DNA of 64,000 bases from Myxococcales bacterium (GTDB lineage: Bacteria; Myxococcota_A; Bradymonadia; UBA7976; UBA1532): the NCBI GenBank assembly GCA_020633465.1, contig JACKDN010000004.1, positions 130,290-194,289 of the forward strand. The letters run 5' to 3'. Below the pieces are notes generated by a model. The model ran no database searches and had not been told where the DNA came from. It saw only the letters and a list, made by a program, of their open reading frames with translations. Positions 9,002 to 18,959 of this stretch are shown piece by piece. Each line of letters starts with the position of its first letter. Position 1 is the first letter of the stretch. Made by a program: the position numbers and the translations under genes.

Positions 9002-9883
9002 CTACGGCGGCGCGCCCACGGGCACGATGGGCGCGGGCAGCGGGCCGGCGCACAGCAACGCGGCCAGGCGCTGGGGCTCGCCGTCCCACGTGCCGCGCGG
9101 CACGACGCGCAGGCCCGCGTCCGCCGTCCACGGGGGGTCGGCCAGCCCCACCGTCTCGCCGTCCACCGTCGCCGCCAAGGGCCGCCCGGCGTCCAGCGCC
9201 CGCGTCACCCGGGCCGCGGCGGCGTCGTCGAGCCGCACCTCGACCAGCCCGCCCCGGGCTCGGGCCCCGACCACCGCGTAGGGCGGCACCACGGCCAGCC
9301 CCGGGTCGCGCGGCACCGCGAGCTGCACCTCCAGCCGGCCCCCGCCCAGCGCCAGCGCTCGCACCCACGCGGGATCCGCGTCCAGGGTGTAGGCGATCTC
9401 GAGCCGGTCGTGCCGGGGGAAGTGGATCGCCGCGCGCCCGGCGGGCAGCCGGGCCAAGCGATCCCGCACGATCTCGGCGCTGCGGTTGAAGGCTCGCTTC
9501 TGCAGCGCCACCCACAGATCGGGCGACGCGCGAAAGAGCGCGCCCGCCGGGCCTTCGATGGGCGCGAGGAAGCCGGGCCCCAGCAGATCGGGCGCCTCCA
9601 GCGCCGCGAGATCGGCCACGCCGCGCACCCGGATGCCCGGCGGATCGCCGTCCTCGTAGGCCGCCGCCGAGGGCCCCAGCCGCCGCGCCAGCGCGTCCGC
9701 CCGCCACGCGAGCTGCCGCCGCGCGCCCTGCCCGACGTCCACCTGGCAGGCCAGCGCGTCGTGGCCCTCGGCCAGCGCCGCCTCGGTGCCGGGCCGCAGG
9801 CGCGCGAGGCCCACGACGCCCAGGCCCACCGCCAGCGATCCGGCGATCACCCAGGGCAGCGGATCCGCGGCGCTGAGCCTCAC
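9002..9883 (-). CDS. hypothetical N-terminally membrane-anchored protein
   Basis: 293-aa ORF with an N-terminal TM segment (PLPWVIAGSLAVGLGVVGLA) and realistic composition. Overlaps the upstream gene by 4 nt. No family recognised. Confidence 0.55.
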   Translation of the reverse strand: MRLSAADPLPWVIAGSLAVGLGVVGLARLRPGTEAALAEGHDALACQVDVGQGARRQLAWRADALARRLGPSAAAYEDGDPPGIRVRGVADLAALEAPDLLGPGFLAPIEGPAGALFRASPDLWVALQKRAFNRSAEIVRDRLARLPAGRAAIHFPRHDRLEIAYTLDADPAWVRALALGGGRLEVQLAVPRDPGLAVVPPYAVVGARARGGLVEVRLDDAAAARVTRALDAGRPLAATVDGETVGLADPPWTADAGLRVVPRGTWDGEPQRLAALLCAGPLPAPIVPVGAPP

Positions 9884-10335
9884 CCGAAGCTGATGGTGTC
9901 GGGCCGCTGGTTGCCCTCGGGCGCCTCGCCGGGCACCGAGGCCCGCAGGATGTCGCCGATGGCGCCCAGCGCCGCCACCAGGCCGTCGGCCAGCGCCCCA
10001 TCGCGCAGGCCGTCGCGGGCGGCGTCGACGGCGGGCTGCCAGAAGGCGGGATCGGTGGTGCCCGGGATGCCGGGGCCCGAGAAGACGGCCACGCGACGAT
10101 CCTCGACGGACAGGTACAGCAGCACGCCGGTGCCCTCGGCCGTCTCGTACATCTCGAGATCACCGAACACGTCGTGCGCCCGCTCGACGGGATCGAAGCG
10201 GCAGCGCGCCTCGAGGTGCACCCGCACCTCGCCGCGGTTGCCGCGCTCGGCCTCGCCGATCGCCGCCACCACGCGCGTGCACGACGACGCGTCGAGCCAG
10301 ACGGGCCCCTTCTTTCGGAACGGCCACCACACCAT
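9880..10335 (-). CDS. TPM-domain (TLP18.3/Psb32/MOLO-1-like) protein
   Basis: Tail of ORF 9880..11031; ATG at 10335. VVAAIGEAERGNRGEVRVHLE...TAEGTGVLLYLSVEDRRVAVFSGPGI matches the TPM-domain pattern as I remember it. Confidence 0.65.
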   Translation of the reverse strand: MVWWPFRKKGPVWLDASSCTRVVAAIGEAERGNRGEVRVHLEARCRFDPVERAHDVFGDLEMYETAEGTGVLLYLSVEDRRVAVFSGPGIPGTTDPAFWQPAVDAARDGLRDGALADGLVAALGAIGDILRASVPGEAPEGNQRPDTISFG

Positions 10336-10367
10336 CGGCGCATGATGCGCCCGGTGGCGGCCGCGGT

Positions 10368-10880
10368 TCAACCGTCCGGCGACGCCTCGAACACCGCGCG
10401 CGGCAGGCCGTCGCGCAGGGCCGTGGTGATGGCCTCGCTGCACCGCGCCGCGAGGCCGGCGGTGGGTTGTTCCGGGCCGTTGAAGCAGGCGATCAGCAGG
10501 ACGCCGGCCTCGTCCACGTCGCCGCGGATCAAGAAGCCCTGCCGGGCAGGCTCGGCCGTGATCCAGCGCTGCCCCTCGAAGGTGCGCCCGTCGATGGTCA
10601 GCGTGTAGGGCGCCACCGTGGCGCGCTCGGCGCCGAGGTTGGCCTGGACCACCGTGAAGACGGCGTCGTGCGACAGGGTGGGCGGCGCCCGCCGGATCGA
10701 CAGGAGGAAGGTGGGGCAGCCCACGTCGAGGGTCTCGGGGTCGCGGTGCGCCGCCCGGCAGCCCGCGAAGACGGGCTCGACCGCCTGCGTGACGGGCGGG
10801 GCCGGCCGCGCGGCGCCCCCGCAGCCGGCCAGCGCCGCCGCCACCCCCCACACGACCCCCTTGCCGCCGACCGACCGCAT
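10368..10880 (-). CDS. hypothetical lipoprotein
   Basis: 170-aa ORF. Signal with lipobox MRSVGGKGVVWGVAAALAGC. Confidence 0.6.
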   Translation of the reverse strand: MRSVGGKGVVWGVAAALAGCGGAARPAPPVTQAVEPVFAGCRAAHRDPETLDVGCPTFLLSIRRAPPTLSHDAVFTVVQANLGAERATVAPYTLTIDGRTFEGQRWITAEPARQGFLIRGDVDEAGVLLIACFNGPEQPTAGLAARCSEAITTALRDGLPRAVFEASPDG

Positions 10881-10957
10881 GCCGCGACGATAGCAGCCCG
10901 GCCCCGGTCGGCGCGCGCCGTTGCCGCGCCGAGGAGGGTGCGGTATACGGGCCGCCC

Positions 10958-11758
10958 ATGCGCCTCACCGAAGCCGTCATCCTGGCCGTCGACACCGAGA
11001 CGACCGGCACCGATCCCGAGCAGGCCCGCATCGTCGAGCTGGGCGGGGCCTACTTCCGCGGCGGGGCGGTCTACGGGAAGCTGGTGCGCGACCTGGTCAA
11101 CCCGGGCATCTACATCCCGGCCGGGGCGTCGGTGGTGCACGGCATCAAGTCGGAGGACGTCGAGAGCGCGCCGCCGTGGACCGAGATCGCGGCCCGCTTC
11201 GCGCGCCACCTCGACGCCGGGCCCGTGCTGTGCGGCTACAACTTCGCCTTCTACGACGCGCGCGTCATCGCCGCCGAGAACGCGCGCCACGGCGTCGAGT
11301 GGGCGCTGCCCGAGGCGCTCGACCCCTTCGTCTTCGCCTGCTGGCACCACCGCGGCGAGCGATCGCGCAAGCTGATCAACGTCTGCGCGCTGTACGGCAT
11401 CGGGCTGCCCGAGGATCGCGCGCACAGCGCCGACGCCGACGCGCTGGCCACGGGCGCGCTGCTGCTGGCGATGGTGCGCGCGGGCTGCATCCCCGACGAC
11501 GTCGAGGCCGCCTTCGCCGAGCAGGCCCGCCTGCGCGCGGTGCTCGACGGCGAGGAGGCGCTGTACGGGCGCTATCTGTACCCCGATCGCGGCGACGAGC
11601 GGCTGCGCGTGGGCCTCGGCAAGCACGCCGGCACCCTGCTCGAGGACGTGGACGAGGAGTACCTGCGCTGGCTCGGCGGCCGCCCGGATCTGCCCGACGC
11701 GACCCGACTCGCGGTCAACCGGCGGTTGGGACGAATCGAGCAGGTCTCGTTGTTCTGA
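10958..11758 (+). CDS. DnaQ-like 3'-5' exonuclease with C-terminal DUF3820-like extension
   Basis: ExoI motif ILAVDTETTG, ExoII YNFAFYDARV, ExoIII HSADADALA. C-terminal GKHAGTLLEDVDEEYLRWL. Confidence 0.8.
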   Translation: MRLTEAVILAVDTETTGTDPEQARIVELGGAYFRGGAVYGKLVRDLVNPGIYIPAGASVVHGIKSEDVESAPPWTEIAARFARHLDAGPVLCGYNFAFYDARVIAAENARHGVEWALPEALDPFVFACWHHRGERSRKLINVCALYGIGLPEDRAHSADADALATGALLLAMVRAGCIPDDVEAAFAEQARLRAVLDGEEALYGRYLYPDRGDERLRVGLGKHAGTLLEDVDEEYLRWLGGRPDLPDATRLAVNRRLGRIEQVSLF

Positions 11759-11813
11759 CCGGGCGCGAACCCCCGCCCCCCGCGGGGATGCGCGCTTTCG
11801 ACGCGCAGCCGAC

Positions 11814-11842
11814 GTGACAGCCGGCTTTCGTTTCGCTACATT
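11814..11842 (+). promoter_or_regulatory. candidate sigma-70-type promoter (GTGACA-N17-TACATT)
   Basis: Lies in a locally AT-richer stretch about 95 nt upstream of the sigma-factor gene. Based on hexamers and spacing only. Confidence 0.3.
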
Positions 11843-11938
11843 CTCCGCCGCCTTTTTGGTCGGTGTCCCCGCTGCGTGGTGGGCCGGCCGGGCGACCGAC
11901 ACCCACTCGACGCGCCCGGGAGGACGTCCTTGAGCTCC

Positions 11939-13273
<1,335 letters not shown>

Positions 13274-13275
13274 CG

Positions 13276-13299
13276 GCGGCGCGGGCCGCGCCGCTTTTT
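13276..13299 (+). terminator. Rho-independent terminator-like hairpin plus T5
   Basis: gcggcgc (13276-82) pairs with gcgccgc (13288-94) and is followed by ttttt (13295-99). It sits immediately after the sigma gene stop at 13273. Confidence 0.55.
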
Positions 13300-13369
13300 C
13301 TTCGCCTCGCGGTCGATCCGCGGCATCGTCGGACGTCATCGACCCCGACGACCTGCCGCGGAGCACCCC

Positions 13370-14059
13370 ATGGCCGCCTTCGAAGGCTTCCCGCCCGACC
13401 TCTTCGACTTCCTCGCCGAGCTGACCGCGCACAACGAGCGCGCGTGGTTCGACGCGCACAAGGACGACTACGAGCGCGCCCTGCGCGAGCCCGCCCGCGC
13501 CTTCATCCGGGCGATGGGCGAGCGCCTCGAGAAGGTGGCGCCGCACCTGGTCGCCGACGATCGGCGCGCCGGCGGCTCGCTGATGCGCATCTACCGCGAC
13601 ACGCGCTTCGCCAAGGACAAGACCCCCTACAAGACCAACGTGGGCATCCAGTTCCGGCACGAGGCGGGCAAGGACGTGCACGCGCCGGGGCTGTACGTGC
13701 ACTTCGATCTCGAAGAGGCCTTCGTCGGCGCGGGCATGTACATGCCGCCGAACGAGGCGCTGAACGCCATCCGCGCGAAGATCGTCGAGCAGCCCGACCG
13801 GTGGACGGCCATCACCCGCGACCCGGCCTTCGTCGAGACGTTCCGCCAAGGGGGCGAGAGCCTGAAGCGCCCCCCGCGCGGCTTCGACAAGGATCACCCG
13901 CTGATCGAGGATCTGAAGCGCAAGAGCTTCATCCTGGTGCACGACCTCGATCCCGAGGTCGCCGAGTCGCCCGATCTGGTCGACCGGGTGACCGAGCTGA
14001 TGCGCCGCGCCAAGCCCTACTGCGACTTCATCTGCGGCGCGGTGGGGCTGCCCTTCTGA
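13370..14059 (+). CDS. DUF2461 (TIGR02453) family protein
   Basis: FPPDLFDFLAELTAHNERAWFDAHKDDYE...MRIYRDTRFAKDKTPYKTN...FDKDHPLIEDLKRKSF is the characteristic pattern of this family. Confidence 0.75.
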   Translation: MAAFEGFPPDLFDFLAELTAHNERAWFDAHKDDYERALREPARAFIRAMGERLEKVAPHLVADDRRAGGSLMRIYRDTRFAKDKTPYKTNVGIQFRHEAGKDVHAPGLYVHFDLEEAFVGAGMYMPPNEALNAIRAKIVEQPDRWTAITRDPAFVETFRQGGESLKRPPRGFDKDHPLIEDLKRKSFILVHDLDPEVAESPDLVDRVTELMRRAKPYCDFICGAVGLPF

Positions 14060-14184
14060 CCACCGGGGTCGCCAGCGCACGGCCAGCGCGGTGACCACCT
14101 GCCGGCCGGGTCGGGCGGCGCGGCAGGCCGCCGGCCGGGCACGCGCCTTGCTGAACGCGCGACCGCGCCCTCGAGGAGAACCCC

Positions 14185-15621
14185 ATGCGCCGCATCGCTC
14201 GCGTCGTCGCCACGCTCGGACTGACCACCGCCCTCGCCGCCTGCGCCGACGCGCCCGAGGAGGCGACGCCGACGCCCGGCGCCGAGCCTGGCGGCGGCCG
14301 CGTCACCGGCGGCAAGGCCGACACCGCGTTCACCGACGGCCCGCTGTACCTGACCGGCGCGTTCGACGGCAGCAAGAGCTTCAACATGTGGGCGGCGACG
14401 ATGGAGTTCGCCCGCGAGATGAAGCGCGATCACGGCAAGCGGGTCGGGTTCACCTACTTCATCAACTCCTGCTACTACGACACCGAGGTCACCGGCAGCG
14501 ACATCGGCCGCGCCCTGTCGCGCGACGAGACCCTCGCCCGCTGGGCCATCACGCAGCAGGCGATCAACGAGGGCCACGAGATCGGCAACCACACGGTGCG
14601 CCACAAGGACGGCGGCAGCTGGAGCAAAGAGCGCTGGGAGACCGAGGTGCAGGAGTTCCACCGCCTGGTCGAGCGCAACCTGTTCCAGCCCATCCGCGAC
14701 GCCGAGGGGCGCCCGGTGTTCCCCGACTACCAGCCGCGCAGCGACGTCGCCGGCGCCCAGGGCGCGGCCTGCGCCGCCGACAGCGAGTGCGACTCGGGCC
14801 TGTGCCTGCCGGTGACCGACGCGCTCAGCCTGTGCAGCGCGCGCTGCAACAAGCACAACCCCTGCGCCGACGGCATGGCCTGCGGCGCGCCCGACTGGAA
14901 CAGCAGCCGCGACGTGTGCCTGCCGCTGCCGCGCTTCCCGGTCGAGTACGAGGGCGAGGTGCTGTTCGACGCCGAGGGCACGCCCAACCTCGACCACCCG
15001 GCGCTCGAGCCCTACCGCGTGGTGGGCTTCCGCGCGCCGCTGCTGGCGCACAACAGCGCGCTGTTCGACGTGCTGACCGCGTTCGACTACCGCTACGACA
15101 CCAGCAAGATCCTGCAGCCCGGCCCGCCGCAGAAGACGCTGCACCAGGGCACCATCTACGAGACGCTGTACCAGTTCGCGCTGATGAAGAACCCGGGCTC
15201 GCGCACGATCCCGATGGACTACAACTACTACGTCAACGAGACCTCGGGCGAGCGGATGCAGAGCGACTACCGCGCCTCCATCCTCGACGCCTACAACGCC
15301 CGCGAGCGCCAGCCGTGGAACATCGGGCACCACTTCTCGCTGTGGAAGAGCGGCGCGTACTGGGCCGCGATGAAGGACGCCTTCGTGTTCGCCGCGAAGG
15401 GCTGCCCCGACGACGCCGGCCAGCAGCGCTGCGCCGAGGTGCTGTTCCCCACCTTCGCCGAGCTGGCCGACGTGCTCGACGGCAAGATCGACGCCGAGCG
15501 CGTCGCCCTGGGCCCCAAGGCCGACGGGCTGGCCGAGGACATCTTCCGCAGCGAGGTGTCGCGCGAGATGGAGAACGACAGCCCCGCCTTCTGCGTGTGC
15601 GGCGACGAAGAGCACCACTGA
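14185..15621 (+). CDS. polysaccharide deacetylase (NodB/CE4)-like lipoprotein with inserted Cys-rich module
   Basis: Lipobox LTTALAAC. FTYFINS...GHEIGNHTVRH is CE4-like metal-binding. Insert: CAADSECDSGLCLPVTDALSLCSARCNKHNPCADGMAC. Confidence 0.6.
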   Translation: MRRIARVVATLGLTTALAACADAPEEATPTPGAEPGGGRVTGGKADTAFTDGPLYLTGAFDGSKSFNMWAATMEFAREMKRDHGKRVGFTYFINSCYYDTEVTGSDIGRALSRDETLARWAITQQAINEGHEIGNHTVRHKDGGSWSKERWETEVQEFHRLVERNLFQPIRDAEGRPVFPDYQPRSDVAGAQGAACAADSECDSGLCLPVTDALSLCSARCNKHNPCADGMACGAPDWNSSRDVCLPLPRFPVEYEGEVLFDAEGTPNLDHPALEPYRVVGFRAPLLAHNSALFDVLTAFDYRYDTSKILQPGPPQKTLHQGTIYETLYQFALMKNPGSRTIPMDYNYYVNETSGERMQSDYRASILDAYNARERQPWNIGHHFSLWKSGAYWAAMKDAFVFAAKGCPDDAGQQRCAEVLFPTFAELADVLDGKIDAERVALGPKADGLAEDIFRSEVSREMENDSPAFCVCGDEEHH

Positions 15622-15637
15622 GCACGCACGCAGCGGC

Positions 15638-16276
15638 TCAGAGCGCCCAGCTTCCCCCCATCACCAGCCGCGGATAGCCGCCGAAGACCGTGAACGGATC
15701 GTCGGGCGCCAGCGGCACCGCGTACTCCAGCCGCAGCGACAACGTCACGTCCTCGTGAAGGGGCCGGTCGGCGGTGAGCGCCAGCTCGACGAAGGCTGGG
15801 AAGGGCGTGGTGTCGAGCACCTCGTCGCCCGCGACGTCCTGATACAGCAGCCACTGCACCTGCAGGCCGGCGTCCAGCGACAGGGCGCCCGGCGCGCCGC
15901 GCCAGGTCAGCACCCCGCCGAACAGCGTCGCCAGGTCACCGCCGGCGTCCAGCTCGTCCTCGTAGGCGCCGGCGACGCTGCCGGTCGCCCACACGCGGGC
16001 CGCGCCGGATAGGCCACCCACCGCGAAGACACGCGCGCGCACCTCGGGACCCAGCCGGTGCACCAGCCCGGCGTGGGTCTGATAGCGCGCGCGCACGTCG
16101 AGCCCGTCGACCAGCCCCCAGCCCACCTCGGCGTCGCCCGTCAGCACCGGGAAGTAGGGCAGCGGCGGCACCTGGATGCCGATCACCATCAGCCCGCCGT
16201 CCAGGTGCACCGCCGACGTGCCCGGCGGCAGCGTCTCGGCGGTCAGCAGGCCCAGCGCGAGCAGCCAGGGCGTCAT
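15638..16276 (-). CDS. putative outer-membrane beta-barrel protein
   Basis: 212-aa ORF with a short signal, alternating hydrophobic beta-strand pattern and an aromatic/hydrophobic C-terminus (GGSWAL). Paralogous in feel to 16302..16895. Confidence 0.5.
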   Translation of the reverse strand: MTPWLLALGLLTAETLPPGTSAVHLDGGLMVIGIQVPPLPYFPVLTGDAEVGWGLVDGLDVRARYQTHAGLVHRLGPEVRARVFAVGGLSGAARVWATGSVAGAYEDELDAGGDLATLFGGVLTWRGAPGALSLDAGLQVQWLLYQDVAGDEVLDTTPFPAFVELALTADRPLHEDVTLSLRLEYAVPLAPDDPFTVFGGYPRLVMGGSWAL

Positions 16277-16301
16277 CGCGACACGCTCGCGCGGCGCACG
16301 C

Positions 16302-16895
16302 TCACAGGGTCCACGCGCGCCCCACCACCACCACCGGCAGGTAGCCCAGCACCCGCAGCTCGGCCTGAATCGGCAACACCGCTCGGCCGCGCAGGAAGAG
16401 GCCGCCGACGAAGTCGACGCCCACCTCGACGTGCGCGTGGTGCAGCGTCGGGTCGAACACCCGGTCCTGCGTCCCGACGTCCACGTCGTCGACGTGCCAC
16501 CAGCGGGCGGTCAGCCCCGCCTCCAGCCGGACCGCGTGTCCGCGCGCCGTGTGTGTCGTCCAGCCGCCCACCAGCGCCGTCGTCAGGCCCTCGCCCAGCG
16601 GCGCGTGCTGCAGCTGGATGCCGCCCAGATCCTCGACGCCGAAGAAGCCGTGCGCCACGGCCAGCCCGACGTCGTAGGCCGCGTGGTGCCAGCGCCCGGT
16701 GAGCCCCACGTCGTGGGCCAGCCCGGCCACCGTGTCGTAGCGCACCTCGAGATCGACCGCCTCGGCCAGGGGCGCGCGCAGCCCCGCCGTCGCCGAGGGA
16801 AACAGCCCGCTGAAGCCCCCGCCCGCGCGCAGCCCGGCCGGCGGCGCCGCCTGCGCCGCGCCCAGCAGCAGGCCCAGCGCGACGAGCCCCCTCAA
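16302..16895 (-). CDS. putative outer-membrane beta-barrel protein
   Basis: Tail of ORF 16302..17342. The TTG start at 16895 overlaps the TGA of the upstream Mo-enzyme gene (TTGA). Signal RGLVALGLLLGAAQA. Beta-strand pattern. Confidence 0.5.
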   Translation of the reverse strand: MRGLVALGLLLGAAQAAPPAGLRAGGGFSGLFPSATAGLRAPLAEAVDLEVRYDTVAGLAHDVGLTGRWHHAAYDVGLAVAHGFFGVEDLGGIQLQHAPLGEGLTTALVGGWTTHTARGHAVRLEAGLTARWWHVDDVDVGTQDRVFDPTLHHAHVEVGVDFVGGLFLRGRAVLPIQAELRVLGYLPVVVVGRAWTL

Positions 16896-17911
16896 GCGTC
16901 CGCCTCGATGACCACCACCCGCACCGCGTGGATCGCGCCGCTGTCGTAGGGGAAGTCCGTCTCGGCGTCCTGCGTGTTGCCCTCGACGTCGAAGGCGCGC
17001 ACCTGCAGCACGTGCCGGCCCGTTCGGGTCGGCGTCCACTCGATGCGCCACAGCGACCAAAGGTAGGGACCGCGATCGTCCGCCAGCGTGTTGAAGGTCA
17101 GCTCGGCGTCCTGCCACGCCCCGTCCAGCCGCACCTGGACGCGCGAGACCCCCACCCCCGGCGCCAGCGCCAGCCCGCGCACCTCGACCGGCTGCCCCAC
17201 CCGCACGGTACGCCCGTCGCCGGGCAGGTCGATGCGGCTGCGCAGCCGCATCTCGGCGGCCACGGGATCGCCCAGCCCGCGCAGCGCCCCGTAGGGCGCA
17301 TAGCTGCGCACGGCGGTGATGCTGTCGAGCCACTTCACGCATACCAGCCCGTAGCGCCCCGGGACGAGCACGCGCGCCGGCGCCCCGTGGATCGGCTCGA
17401 GCGGCGCGTCGTTCATGCGCAGCGCCACGATGCCCGCGTCAGCGTCGGCCACCGAGCGGGGCAGGTACGCCGGGTAGCCGTCCAGCCCCTTGAAGCTCAG
17501 CGCGTGGGCGGTCGACTCGGGCTCGGCCAGCGCCAGCACGTCACGCAGGCGCGGCCCCTCGAACGCGCCGCTCGAGATCAGCCCGCCGCCGGGCCGGTTG
17601 CCCACGCACTCCATCGTCACCTCTCGCCGCACCTGCGGCAGCGCCTCGAGCTCGGCGTAGGTGACCGTCCGCGCCGACCTCACCAGCCCGTCGAGGTGCA
17701 GCCGCCAACGCGCGGGCGGCGGCGCGTCCGGCCGCCCGCAGCAGTAGTTCACGTACCACTCGGCGGTGGGCGTCAGGGGGCGCTGGGGCGTCGGCAAGTA
17801 GTCGCTGTCACGGGCCAGCGCCTCGCCGTCGCTGCAGCCGGCGAAGTTGATGGGCAGCGCTGCCACCCCCACGCTGCCGCCCAGCAGCTTGATCGCGTCG
17901 CGTCGATTCAC
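16892..17911 (-). CDS. sulfite-oxidase-family molybdopterin oxidoreductase, Tat-signal lipoprotein
   Basis: Twin-arginine signal MNRRDAIKLLGG plus lipobox FAGC. Mo-binding core TMECVGNRPGG...APLEPIHGAPARVLVPGRYGLVCVKWL. C-terminal Ig-like dimerisation-type domain. Confidence 0.8.
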   Translation of the reverse strand: MNRRDAIKLLGGSVGVAALPINFAGCSDGEALARDSDYLPTPQRPLTPTAEWYVNYCCGRPDAPPPARWRLHLDGLVRSARTVTYAELEALPQVRREVTMECVGNRPGGGLISSGAFEGPRLRDVLALAEPESTAHALSFKGLDGYPAYLPRSVADADAGIVALRMNDAPLEPIHGAPARVLVPGRYGLVCVKWLDSITAVRSYAPYGALRGLGDPVAAEMRLRSRIDLPGDGRTVRVGQPVEVRGLALAPGVGVSRVQVRLDGAWQDAELTFNTLADDRGPYLWSLWRIEWTPTRTGRHVLQVRAFDVEGNTQDAETDFPYDSGAIHAVRVVVIEADA

Positions 17912-17990
17912 GGCGGCCAGTATGCCCGTCGCGTCGCCGGCGAGCGAGCGAGCGTTGGCCCTCGCCCGCCCCGCCGGCCATACTCCCCCC

Positions 17991-18809
17991 GTGCGCGCCG
18001 CCCTGCCCCTGCTGCTGACGCTCGTCCCTACCGCCGCCCTCGCCGGCGCCTGGGTGCGCGCGCCCGGCGGGGTCTACCTGCGCCTCGGGCCCTCCGTCTT
18101 CGTCGGCGAGCCCACGCCCGGCGGCCTCACCGACGCGCCCCCGGCCACGTTCACCGGCGCCGCCCTCGACGGCTACCTCGAGGTCGGCCTCGGCGCCGGC
18201 CTCGAGCTCGATCTGTCGGCGCGCTGGGTCGACCACCGCCACGACCTCGACGACGGCGGCACCCGCCAGAACGTCGGCGCGGGTGACGTCGAGGCGCTGC
18301 TGAAGTGGCGCCTGCTCGAGTCCACCGGCGGCCACGTCTTCGCGCTGACGGCCGGGGCGCGGATCGCGCCCTACGACACACCCACGCTCGAAGAAGAGGC
18401 CGTGGGCGAGCCGCCGCGCGGCCCCGGCGGCGCCGACGTGCTGACCGGCGCGTCCTGGGGCGTCGGCCTCGAGGTGTTCCCCGGCTGGCTGACCGTCGAC
18501 CTGCTGCACCGCCTGCGCCTGAACAGCCCCAGCGCCGGCCTGTCGCTGCGCGCCGAGGTGGGCTGGCGCCCTCTCACCGCGGTCGCCCTCGCCGCCACCG
18601 CCGACCTGCAGCCCGCCTACGGCCGCCGCATCGACGGGCCCGAAGACGCGCCGCTGCCCGTGCCCACCCAGAGCGGCCTGGGCGGCAAGCTGTTGGTCGC
18701 CCTCGGCGCGGGCCTCGGCCTCGGGCTCGACGCCACCTGGCAGCCCGACGCGTTGAACGACGGCCCCGGCTATCGACTCGGGGCCGGGGTCACCTACGAG
18801 AGCGACTGA
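17991..18809 (+). CDS. putative outer-membrane beta-barrel protein
   Basis: GTG 17991 within ORF 17847..18809. Signal RAALPLLLTLVPTAALAGA. Beta-strand pattern ending GAGVTYESD. Confidence 0.5.
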   Translation: MRAALPLLLTLVPTAALAGAWVRAPGGVYLRLGPSVFVGEPTPGGLTDAPPATFTGAALDGYLEVGLGAGLELDLSARWVDHRHDLDDGGTRQNVGAGDVEALLKWRLLESTGGHVFALTAGARIAPYDTPTLEEEAVGEPPRGPGGADVLTGASWGVGLEVFPGWLTVDLLHRLRLNSPSAGLSLRAEVGWRPLTAVALAATADLQPAYGRRIDGPEDAPLPVPTQSGLGGKLLVALGAGLGLGLDATWQPDALNDGPGYRLGAGVTYESD

Positions 18810-18903
18810 TCCGGGGCGGCGCGCCCCGCGCGCTCGACCAGCCGGGGCAACGCGCGACGCCACAAACACAACCCATTGATTCAAAACGGCATTCATCCAA
18901 CGA

Positions 18904-18919
18904 CGGAATGCTGTTTGCC
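18904..18919 (+). promoter_or_regulatory. weak sigma-54-like element (GG-N10-GC: cGGaatgctgttTGCc)
   Basis: GG at 18905-06 and GC at 18917-18 have canonical spacing. It lies about 40 nt upstream of the BON gene ATG (18960, RBS AAGGAGG). The match to TGGCAC-N5-TTGC is only partial. Confidence 0.2.
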
Positions 18920-18959
18920 TCTCGCGACGGCCAGGAACCAGCCGCCAAGGAGGCACGCC

